A stretch of 64,000 nucleotides of DNA from an uncultured virus (IMG/VR IMGVR_UViG_3300042363_000446) (lineage: Duplodnaviria > Heunggongvirae > Uroviricota > Caudoviricetes): the IMG/VR virus record IMGVR_UViG_3300042363_000446. One strand, 5' to 3'. How positions within the stretch are numbered: position 1 is the stretch's first letter; each line of letters opens with the position of its first letter. Made by a program: the position numbers and the translations under genes. Below are positions 25,979 to 36,716 of this stretch, piece by piece. The notes below the pieces were generated by a model. That model was not told the DNA's origin. It made no database searches and saw only the letters and a list, made by a program, of their open reading frames with translations.

Positions 25979-27509
25979 TTAATTCTAATTTAGAAAACAT
26001 AAGAATACCTAAATACCATAAAAACTCATCAAAGGGTTTAGTATGTAAGGGCGACATGTTCCAAAATATAATAGGAACAAGTAACTTTACTTTATGTTCA
26101 TTATAGTTTTTATCTCTTATATATTCTAGTAGTTTGGATATATAGTATTCATAATCGTCACAGTGAGGTACATCTAGATAAACTTTAGTACCTTTTTTGG
26201 TTATCTCAAAAGTATTGTTTTTAATCTTACTATAATCTATTACAAATCCACCATATAACTTTGCCAAATCATAGTACAAATCTCCTACTTCAACAGAAGT
26301 ACCGAATTCATGTCTCCAGTCTATAACAATAAATTCATTGGTATCAGTAATAATAGTATTATCAAATTGTAAATCGCCGTGAGTATACGAAGGTATAATA
26401 TCGTTGCATAGCATATCAAAATTTATATTTTGTATATAATGTGTGTAGTCTTTTACCGGAACATCATTAACATGAGTCACTTCTGGTAAATTTTTGTTTT
26501 TTTCTATAAACATTTTTATTCTTTTTAATGTTTTGTCTTTATAGAAGTTTAGCGCATCTGAATTAATATCAGCGTGTTTTTTTATCCATACTTTTTTGTC
26601 TAACCATTCAAGGAAATCAGAAAAAACATTTGGATCATTTTTTACATATAAAGTAGAACCCGGGCAATAATCATACACTAAAAATTGCCCTTGTTGCTTA
26701 ACATTACGAGGGTAAGCATTGGGGTTAGTTAAATACTTTTTATATTTTTTAATAGATACTTCAGGATCTTTCCAACATTTTACTACTTTGTTATTAACAA
26801 TGTATGTAACTTCATCTGTTTTAGTAAAATCATAATGTTCGGTCTTTTTAACTTCATTTTGGTAAATATTTAAGTTGCCAAAATCTAACCAAGAATCTAA
26901 GTTTTTAACTTTGCTATTTAATAAAATAGTATAAATTATTTCAGGACTGTCTCGCGTTAACAATCTTTTCTTGAAAGAATCAAAATCTTTTATAAACATT
27001 ACTCCAGTAAATGAAGACCAAGAACTATCAGTATTTTGTTTAAATTTATACTCTTTTATCCTATCATCTTTTACATTAAAAGTAGTATATTCTTGATGCA
27101 ATTTTTGATCAACTTGTTTTACAAAGTAAGTATCCTCATTATACTCACCCAATATATTTTCATTAAAATAGGTGTCACATGGAATATAAAAGAACGAACT
27201 ATTAATTTTATCTAAACACTGTGTTATTGTGTAGCCCGGGCCTGTCCAAGATTGTTTATAATGTTCTATATCAACAAATTCAATATTTCTATCACTGTAC
27301 GTTAATTCGCAAAAGTCTTTTACTTGTTGTTTGTTGTATCCAATAGGGATAATAAACTTAGTGTCTTTGGGGAACTGTTCTATAATATGTGATAACACTG
27401 GTTTATGTTTATATGATACTAAACTTTTGTTTATAAATTGAGATATAACTCCCAATCGTGATCCCAATCCAGCAGTAGGGATAATAACAGTAATGTTATT
27501 CATGTTCAC
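25962..27509 (-). CDS. NTP-transferase + APH/choline-kinase-like fusion
   Basis: IPTAGLGSRL..K N-terminus; HGDLQFDN and VIDWR...GDLYYDLAKL kinase motifs. Confidence 0.85.
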   Translation of the reverse strand: MNMNNITVIIPTAGLGSRLGVISQFINKSLVSYKHKPVLSHIIEQFPKDTKFIIPIGYNKQQVKDFCELTYSDRNIEFVDIEHYKQSWTGPGYTITQCLDKINSSFFYIPCDTYFNENILGEYNEDTYFVKQVDQKLHQEYTTFNVKDDRIKEYKFKQNTDSSWSSFTGVMFIKDFDSFKKRLLTRDSPEIIYTILLNSKVKNLDSWLDFGNLNIYQNEVKKTEHYDFTKTDEVTYIVNNKVVKCWKDPEVSIKKYKKYLTNPNAYPRNVKQQGQFLVYDYCPGSTLYVKNDPNVFSDFLEWLDKKVWIKKHADINSDALNFYKDKTLKRIKMFIEKNKNLPEVTHVNDVPVKDYTHYIQNINFDMLCNDIIPSYTHGDLQFDNTIITDTNEFIVIDWRHEFGTSVEVGDLYYDLAKLYGGFVIDYSKIKNNTFEITKKGTKVYLDVPHCDDYEYYISKLLEYIRDKNYNEHKVKLLVPIIFWNMSPLHTKPFDEFLWYLGILMFSKLELNETIH

Positions 27510-27933
27510 TTATAATCCTACCGTGTGTTCTTCCTGCATCGTCTTGTAATCTATAAACATCATCTAACTCAGTAGTACTGGTTTCTATAAACTCTAAATC
27601 AGTAACAGCAACAACTCTATGGACAATACCCGGTGTTATAGTAAATGTTACTCCCGGAGAGAGTTCTATCACTTCAAACGTTTCTTCGTATTCATTTACC
27701 TGGCCTATAGTCATTCCTTTTTCTAAAAACATATCTATATCAAATATAGTTTTACTGCGATACAATTTACCCGTACCTTTGATAATACAATTAGTTTCAC
27801 ATTTGTACTTATGTACTTGCAAGCTAGTACGGTTTCCTGCTAAGAATAATATATTTTTTACAGCATAGGGGGTTCTGGTACCATCTTCTATCCATGATTC
27901 ATGGCCCCATGGTTTTTTAACTAATTTAGACAT
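27496..27933 (-). CDS. cupin (sugar-phosphate isomerase type)
   Basis: KPWGHE, SLQVHKYKCE, PGIVHRV, DDVYRLQD. Confidence 0.85.
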   Translation of the reverse strand: MSKLVKKPWGHESWIEDGTRTPYAVKNILFLAGNRTSLQVHKYKCETNCIIKGTGKLYRSKTIFDIDMFLEKGMTIGQVNEYEETFEVIELSPGVTFTITPGIVHRVVAVTDLEFIETSTTELDDVYRLQDDAGRTHGRIISEHE

Positions 27934-27969
27934 TGTAATTCCTCGTGAAGAAAAAATTTGCTATAGCCT

Positions 27970-29013
27970 TCAGAAGAAATCACCCAAATTATCTGAATTT
28001 CTTCGTATGTTAATAGCAGTTGCTCCTGGATATGGGTTTAACTCATTATAATCGTTGATCAATATTCGCGCAGAATCATTTAAATTCATTAATAGTTGAA
28101 AGTCGTTAAAACCCAGAGACTTTAACATCTGATGTGTAATATCTCTAACAGATTCAGGTCTAGAGGTTGTAAAGATTATCTGAGATCCCTGATCCTGCAT
28201 TTTCAAAACAGTACCGACATTATTATTGAGAGGTACCGGCACACTGTCGTAATTATCAACCCCGTAACGTTGTTGATGTTTAATAATAGTTCCGTCAATA
28301 TCACAGAATACAACAGGTTTATTATTATGTTCTAACCAATCATACATCGTACTTATATCAATATAATCAGTTGTATCTACTATAAAAAAAGGTTGATTAG
28401 CTGACAACATATATCGTACAACATCACTAATAAATATTTCATTGTTTTCTTGTAAATTAGAATATTTTATATCCTGCACCGCTGTTCTGAAATAATGTGC
28501 CTGTTGGAACTTATAACCCCCTGTACAATAAGTATCAGATAATACCCGTTTTTCTGATATTTTTTGCACAAATCCAGTATCATTGAATGATACATAACTT
28601 TTATTAACAGGACTATTTACCGTTAATTTTTTATTAAAGGTAGAGACACATAAATAATGTCCTTCAACTATTTCATGCTTGAAAAAACTATCACAATCTT
28701 TTACTAGTATAGGACTAGCCATGGAAATTTGTGCAAGTTCTATTATTGCATCAACGGTGTCGGCCGGTCCCGAAGTTTGGTCAGGTACTATTACTAAATT
28801 TATTAAATTTCCGAATTCATGTTGTATAAAATCTTTTATATTAAACTTCTGTTCGTGTTCGGCAAGAACACCTATATGTATTTTATATTTGGTCAAATAA
28901 GGTTCAACCGCTCTGAAGAGCATACTTTTGCCTGCATAATCATATAACATAAATTTAGGTTTGTCCTCGGGAAACCGAGTTACTAACTCAGTTGCCGGCA
29001 CTATTATTTCCAT
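27970..29013 (-). CDS. NTP-transferase-like + HAD phosphatase fusion
   Basis: IIVPA...TRF..KPK, KDCD, ISEK; C-terminal CDIDGT, TTSR, LIND. Confidence 0.8.
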   Translation of the reverse strand: MEIIVPATELVTRFPEDKPKFMLYDYAGKSMLFRAVEPYLTKYKIHIGVLAEHEQKFNIKDFIQHEFGNLINLVIVPDQTSGPADTVDAIIELAQISMASPILVKDCDSFFKHEIVEGHYLCVSTFNKKLTVNSPVNKSYVSFNDTGFVQKISEKRVLSDTYCTGGYKFQQAHYFRTAVQDIKYSNLQENNEIFISDVVRYMLSANQPFFIVDTTDYIDISTMYDWLEHNNKPVVFCDIDGTIIKHQQRYGVDNYDSVPVPLNNNVGTVLKMQDQGSQIIFTTSRPESVRDITHQMLKSLGFNDFQLLMNLNDSARILINDYNELNPYPGATAINIRRNSDNLGDFF

Positions 29014-30479
29014 ACTCTGTTCATTTCCTCTAATAACATTTTTTGTTCAATTGTTCCCTTCTGTGAATATTTATATACCCGTAATAATATTAGAATATAA
29101 AGATAGTCATTAAATGCTTCAGGAAACGCAATAACAAGTTCTTGTTTGATTGCAGATAATTTCAAATTGAATTCATTTTTATTTTCGTGTCTAATAAACC
29201 ATTTACCGTCAAGATCATGTCGCAACTTAACTATATCAAATATCCAGGAATTATATGCATTGGAATCAGGGTCTATCATGTAAAAGTTGGGTTCCTTATA
29301 TATAATGTTGTTTAATGTAAAGTCGCCGTGGCAGAAACCAGATGGTAGAATTTTAGGCAATTTATTTAAAAGTTCGGTGATAGTAAAGGGTAATTTATTA
29401 TCGTTCTTGAAACAATCTAACTGATTTTTATATATTAATGTATAATTCTTTTCTTGAGTATTTATATTTTTAAATCTGTTCATGGTATCAATAACAAAAT
29501 TTACAAATTTATGAATATTATCTAACTTTATAAAAGTTTTCATGTCGTATCCAGATATATATTCCATGTCAAGAACATTTTCTTCTTTATCTATAATTTT
29601 AGGAACTAAAAAGTTATTCTGATTCAATAATATTAATTTTTCATAATTTCTTTCTATATTATCTATTTTTCGTATAATAAAATCATTAAGACTTTTAATC
29701 ATTAGCACTTTACTTCCAGAAAGTCCAGAAAACTCTTTTATAATCGTATCTTGAGAATTTAGTGATCTATACCATTTGTCAGAATCTTTGCTAGCTATTT
29801 CAAAATCAATATGCGGTTTGTTTCTAGAATTGGGCCTAACAATACAAATCTGTTTTCCTACCCCTTTTATTGTTTTCGGTGCATATTTAAAGATTTTAGA
29901 TATTTTTTTTGCTAACCAAACATGTATATCTACCGTATTATGTAATTCGCTTACAGGAAGATTTATTAATTTAATAATACTTTCATACTTTCCTATTATC
30001 ATCTGATCCTGTATCCACATATGTACTACAGATTCGGTAGTGAATGTGTATATACGATCTTCATTCATTTCATTTATTTCATTTAACCATTCAAAAAAAT
30101 GCGCAACATTAACATCATATTTAAAATACAAATCCGGTCTAATAATCAGACATACATCATATTTTATGTTTGATACTTTAACAAGTGCTATTCCTGCCAT
30201 CCATCTATTAATCATTCTATGATTATTATTTTTACATGCTATATTACATGTTATAGCACTTCCTATATCAACACCTTTACAATTAGGTATAAGTCGTCTA
30301 ATATTATATTCAGTTACGGTTTCATCGACATGAATGTTCAATTTATCATTGTGTTGTTTTGTAGTTTCCCAAGTTGAAAAATAAACATCTACGTCAGGAT
30401 TGTCTAAAAACTTCCAAGATTTGTGTGCAATCTCAAACTCTCTAAAAGCACCGGAGATTAACACAGCTATTTTTGTCAC
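29004..30479 (-). CDS. glycosyltransferase-like domain + APH-type kinase fusion
   Basis: KIAVLISGAFR...YDVCLIIRPD N-domain; GLSGS, HGDFTLNN, MIDP, DIVKL kinase domain. Confidence 0.75.
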   Translation of the reverse strand: MTKIAVLISGAFREFEIAHKSWKFLDNPDVDVYFSTWETTKQHNDKLNIHVDETVTEYNIRRLIPNCKGVDIGSAITCNIACKNNNHRMINRWMAGIALVKVSNIKYDVCLIIRPDLYFKYDVNVAHFFEWLNEINEMNEDRIYTFTTESVVHMWIQDQMIIGKYESIIKLINLPVSELHNTVDIHVWLAKKISKIFKYAPKTIKGVGKQICIVRPNSRNKPHIDFEIASKDSDKWYRSLNSQDTIIKEFSGLSGSKVLMIKSLNDFIIRKIDNIERNYEKLILLNQNNFLVPKIIDKEENVLDMEYISGYDMKTFIKLDNIHKFVNFVIDTMNRFKNINTQEKNYTLIYKNQLDCFKNDNKLPFTITELLNKLPKILPSGFCHGDFTLNNIIYKEPNFYMIDPDSNAYNSWIFDIVKLRHDLDGKWFIRHENKNEFNLKLSAIKQELVIAFPEAFNDYLYILILLRVYKYSQKGTIEQKMLLEEMNRVWK

Positions 30480-31213
30480 AGTAAATCTTTGTTAGAGAAA
30501 AGCTCATTTTTATTTATATGATCCAATAAATGATGTGCCCAAGCCTTATGCGCTTTTTCTAGAGGATGTAATCTAGGCCCTATCTCAAATCCATGCATGT
30601 GCGTGAATTGGGCGAACGATATGTCATCATAATATCTAGGTTTGTATATTTGATTAACTACGCTGGCTGGCACACTTTCTGTAGTTATCATTTTCTCGTA
30701 TTTATTACCCATAGATGATGTTAATAAATACGGTATTTTATTTTTCATTAAGAAATGTTGCAAACCGAGAACATGTAACATATCACTCATGTATATTCCT
30801 TTATTATCTTTTACTATGTTAATAAATAACTCCCACAATTTATACAAATCAGAAGATTTATCGCCCGGAGGAAATGTATACATGAACGGGAACCAGTTTG
30901 TGTCTATATAAAATTCTCTTCTATATGCATGTGTCAAACTTATATTAACAAATATTTTTTCAGGTGCGTATTTTTCTAATGCCTGTGTTATATTTGTTAT
31001 TGTTTTTCTATAGGCTCTTTCATTTGATCCTCCCGGTAATGCTTTATTGACATATTGTTTTAATCCCGGGATAGTATCAGCCATGATACCCGAATAACAT
31101 TTCTTTCTATGGTATAACGTGAAATCGTATACATCACGAGTTTGTAATCTAGGATATCCTAATTCTTGCCCAAATGCAAATGAGTCTCCGGATATGTAAA
31201 AATATTCTATCAT
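30476..31213 (-). CDS. SGNH/GDSL-like hydrolase/acyltransferase
   Basis: GDSFAFG, N.ALPGGSN, HPLEKAH; start moved to the ATG at 31213 (ATGA overlap). Confidence 0.75.
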   Translation of the reverse strand: MIEYFYISGDSFAFGQELGYPRLQTRDVYDFTLYHRKKCYSGIMADTIPGLKQYVNKALPGGSNERAYRKTITNITQALEKYAPEKIFVNISLTHAYRREFYIDTNWFPFMYTFPPGDKSSDLYKLWELFINIVKDNKGIYMSDMLHVLGLQHFLMKNKIPYLLTSSMGNKYEKMITTESVPASVVNQIYKPRYYDDISFAQFTHMHGFEIGPRLHPLEKAHKAWAHHLLDHINKNELFSNKDLL

Positions 31214-31950
31214 ACCTGATAATACCTCATATGGTTCATACATATATCTCCGTATTTGATTATAGAATCTGCCGGTATACATTCTTTTCTATAAACAACT
31301 TCACCAGCATTGCTGTTTTTCATATACACGATGTTATATTTATTGCAATAGTCGTGCAGTATTACCCCGGGGCCTAAATATGATAAATCATCAGTCGTAC
31401 TAATAATATGACGATAAACGTCAGTAACTACATCTATGCAATATGATGATCCGTAAAAAAACACATCTGATAAGTTTGTTCGGTTGAACTCCGTTTTCAT
31501 TCTATCTGCATGATTTATATATAAATCTAGTGTATGGTTTGGTTGCTTAAAAATAAAATTAGATGCAGGGTCAAATATTGAATCATATCTAGCTCTAACT
31601 ACGCAATCATATCTAAAATTATTCCTTATTTCGTATTGTTTTTTCAAATTGTTTGCCATCATCATACTATAAAATAAACTATGCCATGGGCCCTCGGTTG
31701 GGCAGTCCTGCTTGCTTTCTATTAATGTTAATTTAGGATCATATTTATTCAATACTATTTGTAGATCATCTCTGTTAACTAGCTCGTCTTCTGACCAATA
31801 AACAAAATCTTTCTTCATTTTCCATGTGTTATAATCCCAAGCATGACAGAAATAATCAGTTTCATAATCTCCACTGAAATAATTTTGTATAGACTTTAAT
31901 GTAAATTCCGCAGTCCTAGATTGCCCGCTTAAACAAACAGCTATTTTCAT
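31210..31950 (-). CDS. putative glycosyltransferase-like protein
   Basis: KIAVCLSGQSR, YFCHAW, YDCVVRARYD, SDVFFYG; paralog of the N-domain of 29004-30479. Confidence 0.65.
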   Translation of the reverse strand: MKIAVCLSGQSRTAEFTLKSIQNYFSGDYETDYFCHAWDYNTWKMKKDFVYWSEDELVNRDDLQIVLNKYDPKLTLIESKQDCPTEGPWHSLFYSMMMANNLKKQYEIRNNFRYDCVVRARYDSIFDPASNFIFKQPNHTLDLYINHADRMKTEFNRTNLSDVFFYGSSYCIDVVTDVYRHIISTTDDLSYLGPGVILHDYCNKYNIVYMKNSNAGEVVYRKECIPADSIIKYGDICMNHMRYYQV

Positions 31951-32411
31951 CTGGTTATATGCACCATTGGTATTTTTATACTTTTTATATGATAGAAGAA
32001 TCTAGTAGCATCGGTCATGTCCCAACTAGAATCAATCTTATTAAAGATGAATTCACATAACCTATCAAAAACTAGTGAATTTGCATAAAATCCACTAGGA
32101 GATATCCCTTTTTTATAGCTGTTATCATAAAAAACGTTATTTAAATAGTAGATTTTATTATCTATTTCATGTTTAAAATTTAAATTGTTTAACAAATGTA
32201 CGTCTTCACATTGTAGCGCAATACAAATATCAAAATTATTTTTATGATATATTTCATACTGTCGTTTTTGATTAGCGGTAAGCCACATACTAGTATATTG
32301 ACATTTATCAGATACAGCAAAAGTTTCTATACGATAATCCTTTTCACTGAGACTTATATCATTCTTGATTGGTGTATTACCGAACACACATAGAGCTATA
32401 TTTTTAATCAT
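31947..32411 (-). CDS. hypothetical protein (degenerate paralog of 31210-31950)
   Basis: KNIALCVFG and KRQYEI..NNFDICI resemble the neighbour's KIAVCLSG and KKQYEIRNNFRYDC. Confidence 0.55.
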   Translation of the reverse strand: MIKNIALCVFGNTPIKNDISLSEKDYRIETFAVSDKCQYTSMWLTANQKRQYEIYHKNNFDICIALQCEDVHLLNNLNFKHEIDNKIYYLNNVFYDNSYKKGISPSGFYANSLVFDRLCEFIFNKIDSSWDMTDATRFFYHIKSIKIPMVHITR

Positions 32412-33979
32412 GATGATCTCACAATCAAATTTTCTCTTTTATTTTTACACATTATATAAAAATCTCTATATTCAGGAAACACTTCTAAAAAATCTGATTC
32501 ATTTCTGGTATCTATTTCATTTATGTAGTCATGAAATTTAGCATAGATCAGAGCAGTTTTGTTAGGGTCTGATTGTAATGTCTTTTGGAAATGCATTATT
32601 TGCAAACACACTCTTTTAAATTTTTCAATCTCATATGGTTCAAATCCTTGAAAGGAACCCCATATAGTACCGGCCATGTTTCCTGACATAAAATTCATAG
32701 CCGGTATCAGATACTTCTGTATCAAATCCGGAGTAGCATATTGCGCATCTAATACTTCAGGATATCGTAAGTATGGAGTATCTATTCCGACTACGTTCAT
32801 ATGGTCTGGATTTTTTGCATTCCTAGTGACAAATGAATCTCCGGAGTCTGGTATAACAAACCCCGTTTCTAATTCCCATACCGTACCTGCACTATCAGGA
32901 TTATACCTTTTCTTTAACTCTAATTGCCATTTCAGCAAATCTATAAATGTCGTTAAGCTTAGTAGGTTAAAAGTACACATAGTAGTTACTCTTATATTAC
33001 CAATATCTAGAAGTTGTATATATCGTTGTTTAAATAACTCTATATCTAATCCAGGTCGCAAATATTCTGCCTGCTTCCCCCATGCGTCCAGGCTAGTATA
33101 TACTGTAAACTTTTTTACCGATTTGTTTTTAACTAACTGTTCTATCTTATTTACAAATTTATCCCAAAGTGCTTCAGGGGCACACAGATTAGTGTTTATA
33201 TTAAATTCTAATTCTATATTCGGATTTTCTATTAACCAGTCGATGCTTCTGTATGTTTCTTTACTTAGTAATGGCTCCCCACCGGTAATACGATATGTTT
33301 TAAGTTTAGTATATGCTTGAGGGAACCAATTCCAAAAAGCATCAATATAAGGATTACATTCGTTGTTTTTATACGTTAGGTTCTCTAAACCTTCTTGATA
33401 CCCTTGTATCCATTGTTCATGTTTAGTATTCTCCAAAACTTTAAGAGGACCTAAACGCCTTAGTTCATCTGCCCATTTAGAACTGTACTCCGGGCCGCAA
33501 TATATACATTTAAAATTACACACATTACTGAAATCTACTTCTAAGTACGTAGGGAAAAAATCATCACTGGGATCAGTACTAATTATAGTATCGTGGTTTT
33601 CTAGTGCCCATGGCTCCATACTTTTCAAGTATCGGTCACTAATCTCACCAGTGTCTTCCACTCGCCAGCAGTATTCACATTCTGTGGGTTTTTTATCGGA
33701 CATCATTTCATGTCTTGCTTTTTTTAAATGCGTAGTATTAAATAATGCATTGGGATTATTTTCTAACTCTTCTAGCGGTATTTTATGAGTTTTTGGATGA
33801 TGACAAGAATGTACTAACCCAGTACCTAAATGTAAAGTGACTTGAGTAAATTTAGCCAAACAAAATCCACTTCCAGTTTCGTTCAATAAATCTCGTACTT
33901 CAAGTATGTTATCTCTATTATTGCGATCTATGTTACCCTGTGAGTTCAAATTCCACTGAACTTCTTCAAATGAAGTCAT
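32408..33979 (-). CDS. radical SAM protein with N-terminal Cys-rich (twitch-like) domain
   Basis: CNFKCIYC (CxxxCxxC), ITGGEPL, INTN; N-terminal C...SCHH...CEYCW. Confidence 0.9.
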   Translation of the reverse strand: MTSFEEVQWNLNSQGNIDRNNRDNILEVRDLLNETGSGFCLAKFTQVTLHLGTGLVHSCHHPKTHKIPLEELENNPNALFNTTHLKKARHEMMSDKKPTECEYCWRVEDTGEISDRYLKSMEPWALENHDTIISTDPSDDFFPTYLEVDFSNVCNFKCIYCGPEYSSKWADELRRLGPLKVLENTKHEQWIQGYQEGLENLTYKNNECNPYIDAFWNWFPQAYTKLKTYRITGGEPLLSKETYRSIDWLIENPNIELEFNINTNLCAPEALWDKFVNKIEQLVKNKSVKKFTVYTSLDAWGKQAEYLRPGLDIELFKQRYIQLLDIGNIRVTTMCTFNLLSLTTFIDLLKWQLELKKRYNPDSAGTVWELETGFVIPDSGDSFVTRNAKNPDHMNVVGIDTPYLRYPEVLDAQYATPDLIQKYLIPAMNFMSGNMAGTIWGSFQGFEPYEIEKFKRVCLQIMHFQKTLQSDPNKTALIYAKFHDYINEIDTRNESDFLEVFPEYRDFYIMCKNKRENLIVRSS

Positions 33980-33981
33980 AC

Positions 33982-34932
33982 TTACCAACCCTCAATTCGT
34001 CTGATTACTTCCATTTCAGTGACTAGTGTGCCTTGATTTCTGAAATCTCGCTTGTAGTGTCTTTTGAAAAACTTACTTTGTTCTTTATTTAACGTGTCTA
34101 CTGGTAAGCCTAGTTTATCATGTAAACTAAAACCTAGTGTTATTATTTTTAAAGCAGGATCACTGTCTTTATGTTCTTCCCAAAGTGCGGCTATATTATC
34201 AAACCATTGTACTGTGGTATGATCCCAATCTGTAAGCATTGTCATATACGTTCCTAACCTAGCACCATATATAGCCCACATACCGTTGGTAACATCTGCG
34301 CCCACGTTATGCCATATAGTCAAGTTGTCTACGTTTCTCATAGCAACAGTTTCTTTGAATTCATCAACTGTTGGCTTTCTACCCCTGTCTAGTGACATTT
34401 TGACACCTTCTCTAAAGCCAGCTCGCCAGGCTTGAAAAGGTGTGTAGTTTGGATATGTAGTAGAATAAGAATCCCACATAGCGTAATATGAACTGTCAGC
34501 ATCCATACAAAAATCTACTATGCGTGATACATCACCTTCAGTTTGATTTTCATGCGTCTTCATATTAGCAACGTATTCTTTTGTCCAAGAACTAATACCA
34601 CCGTTGCCGTATCTTAATCCGTTTATAGCGTTTATAGCTTTCCATCTAAACTGAGCATTCTTAAATTTATCATCTTTGCCAGTAAAGTCAAGTTGTAAGT
34701 TAAAGAAAGATTCTTCGGGTAAGTTGTCACCGTCAATCAAAATAAATCTATCAGTGTCACTCATTTCGCCTGCTGCTTTGTGTGCAGCATCACTGCCCTT
34801 CACGCCGTCTACTCGCTTGGCCCAGGGCACCATGTTCTTTATCTTTAGCCAAAATTCTTCTTTGGCCGGCTCGTCAAAACTTAAATAAATTACATCAAGA
34901 TCAGCTATATCAATTATATCGTTAGAGTTCAT
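33982..34932 (-). CDS. GT-A-like glycosyltransferase
   Basis: DVIYLSFDEP, RVDGVKGSDAAH, FILIDGD (DxD), AWRAGFREG. Confidence 0.7.
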   Translation of the reverse strand: MNSNDIIDIADLDVIYLSFDEPAKEEFWLKIKNMVPWAKRVDGVKGSDAAHKAAGEMSDTDRFILIDGDNLPEESFFNLQLDFTGKDDKFKNAQFRWKAINAINGLRYGNGGISSWTKEYVANMKTHENQTEGDVSRIVDFCMDADSSYYAMWDSYSTTYPNYTPFQAWRAGFREGVKMSLDRGRKPTVDEFKETVAMRNVDNLTIWHNVGADVTNGMWAIYGARLGTYMTMLTDWDHTTVQWFDNIAALWEEHKDSDPALKIITLGFSLHDKLGLPVDTLNKEQSKFFKRHYKRDFRNQGTLVTEMEVIRRIEGW

Positions 34933-35269
34933 ATGTTATCATTTTCCAATTTGTCGTTGCAATTTTGTGGTTCTTAGATACTACTATGCTAATATCTTCA
35001 GCAGCGCACAGCTTTCCTGTGTCGCATGGCATTAATTTAGAAACTACTGCGTTAGAAACAACAGTTGTTATTCTTCCGTCTACTACGCGAACATCAGGTC
35101 TTGCTTGTGCGAACGTACTATTATCTACAATAATAAAGTTGCCGGGCAGCTTTTCACATGTGTAACAAATAACTTTACCTTTTTCATCATAGTATAATCT
35201 AAACTCAGGAGTACTTATCTTAGGAGCTTCAAATAAAACAATGTATCCTTCTTCATTTTGTTTTTGCAT
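34922..35269 (-). CDS. hypothetical protein
   Basis: 115-aa ORF within the operon. Confidence 0.65.
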   Translation of the reverse strand: MQKQNEEGYIVLFEAPKISTPEFRLYYDEKGKVICYTCEKLPGNFIIVDNSTFAQARPDVRVVDGRITTVVSNAVVSKLMPCDTGKLCAAEDISIVVSKNHKIATTNWKMITYEL

Positions 35270-35271
35270 AG

Positions 35272-36069
35272 TTATTTCAATAGCCTATCAGCAAATGCTT
35301 TTTTATGATAGTGAAATGGATACATTTGCGGCACTGTTTGTACTCTAATTTGATTAGGTAATACTTCATAAACAAAAGTATCTGTCCAATCTTCTGTATA
35401 CGTACCGTTTATAAACTGTTTCATGTGTATCATACTCATATCTTTAAACGTAGGTAACGTTGTATTTTCAACACCCAATACGTGACTTGCGATTGCATAT
35501 GCCCAATCAGTAGTTACTAGTTCATTGGTTTTACATTTTAAAATAGCGCGATACTGATCCCAATTATCAAATACATCAAGAACTATACCAAAAAAACGCT
35601 TAGCTAAGTCAGACTTCTTGAAGTAAGTGATAGCGTTATAACAATCAGGTAAACAATTGTCATCAATAAATCGTCTGTATACTCGTACATCTGAAATTTC
35701 TTGCTTGTAGTTTCTTATCGTAGTAGATACAACCAAGTCACGTTCTTTTAAAATATCCCACCAATATGTAATATCTTTTGGTATATACATATCTGCTTCT
35801 AATTTGATTGTATATTCGTACGGAGAGGCTAGGTATACTTGCCAATCATTTGATAACTTCCAATCACTATCTGGTTCTAATTCACCGTACGGTAGCTCTA
35901 CTATGTGATTGAAGTATTTTGCGTAATCACTTACAACCAAATCCATTGTTACTAATGTTACAGATTCGTCGGGCATTACTCTTTTAATACTTTTTGCTAA
36001 TGCAGCGGCACACTTAACATAATCAACTTTGTCGGTATTTTGTGCTAAAATTACAAAGCCTCGGTTCAT
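35272..36069 (-). CDS. GT8-like glycosyltransferase
   Basis: RGFVILA...Y..CA..LAKSI, SPYEYTIKLEAD; paralog of 36713-37513. Confidence 0.7.
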   Translation of the reverse strand: MNRGFVILAQNTDKVDYVKCAAALAKSIKRVMPDESVTLVTMDLVVSDYAKYFNHIVELPYGELEPDSDWKLSNDWQVYLASPYEYTIKLEADMYIPKDITYWWDILKERDLVVSTTIRNYKQEISDVRVYRRFIDDNCLPDCYNAITYFKKSDLAKRFFGIVLDVFDNWDQYRAILKCKTNELVTTDWAYAIASHVLGVENTTLPTFKDMSMIHMKQFINGTYTEDWTDTFVYEVLPNQIRVQTVPQMYPFHYHKKAFADRLLK

Positions 36070-36716
36070 ATTCGTTCTCGTAACTCAATTAATTTATTAT
36101 ATATCTGTATTTCACTTTTCAAATATTCTTGTATCATGTCTACTGTTATTTTAGGTAAGTTATCATATTTTTCAAGAAATTTAATACACGACTTATCTTT
36201 TTTATCGGTTATATGTGTATAAGAGATATCTAAAGATGATAACATATATTGTAGTTCTTCTAGCTTCCAGATTTGATAAGTTTTATTCTTTGGGATGTGC
36301 TGAATAACATCTGTGATTCTTGTTAGCCAATTACTTATGTGATACTCCTGACTATAGTCTAGTGCAGAATTTATTACAGAAAGACGATACAAGACAAAAG
36401 AGTTTACGTCAATACGATCTGCATCATAAAAATGATTTAAATAATGTGTGTTAACACGCCAGTCTTCTAGTATTCCCGATCTAAAGCGTGCCAGAGGGTC
36501 TCGTACAACAAAATGTACTTTGTATCCCTGATCAACTTTAGATAAAAATTCTGTACTAGTGATACTAGTAGTACGCCAGGTGCGGTCACTGACAGTGTGT
36601 AACGTTTTTGAACCACATTTACCGTTAGTAATTACAATGTTATCTTTTATGAAATAAAACGGAAATATACTATTACCTATAAAAGAATTAGCATCTAATA
36701 ACTCAAATATATTCAC
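36066..36716 (-). CDS. sulfotransferase-family protein
   Basis: KCGSKTL (5'-PSB-like) and VRDPLARFRS (3'-PB) motifs. Confidence 0.7.
   Translation of the reverse strand: MNIFELLDANSFIGNSIFPFYFIKDNIVITNGKCGSKTLHTVSDRTWRTTSITSTEFLSKVDQGYKVHFVVRDPLARFRSGILEDWRVNTHYLNHFYDADRIDVNSFVLYRLSVINSALDYSQEYHISNWLTRITDVIQHIPKNKTYQIWKLEELQYMLSSLDISYTHITDKKDKSCIKFLEKYDNLPKITVDMIQEYLKSEIQIYNKLIELRERI

Noticed and set aside
32676..33320. 214-aa plus-strand ORF and other plus-strand ORFs (e.g. 13474-13992, 25362-25739, 59774-60106)
   Set aside because: Shadow ORFs antisense to well-supported minus-strand genes
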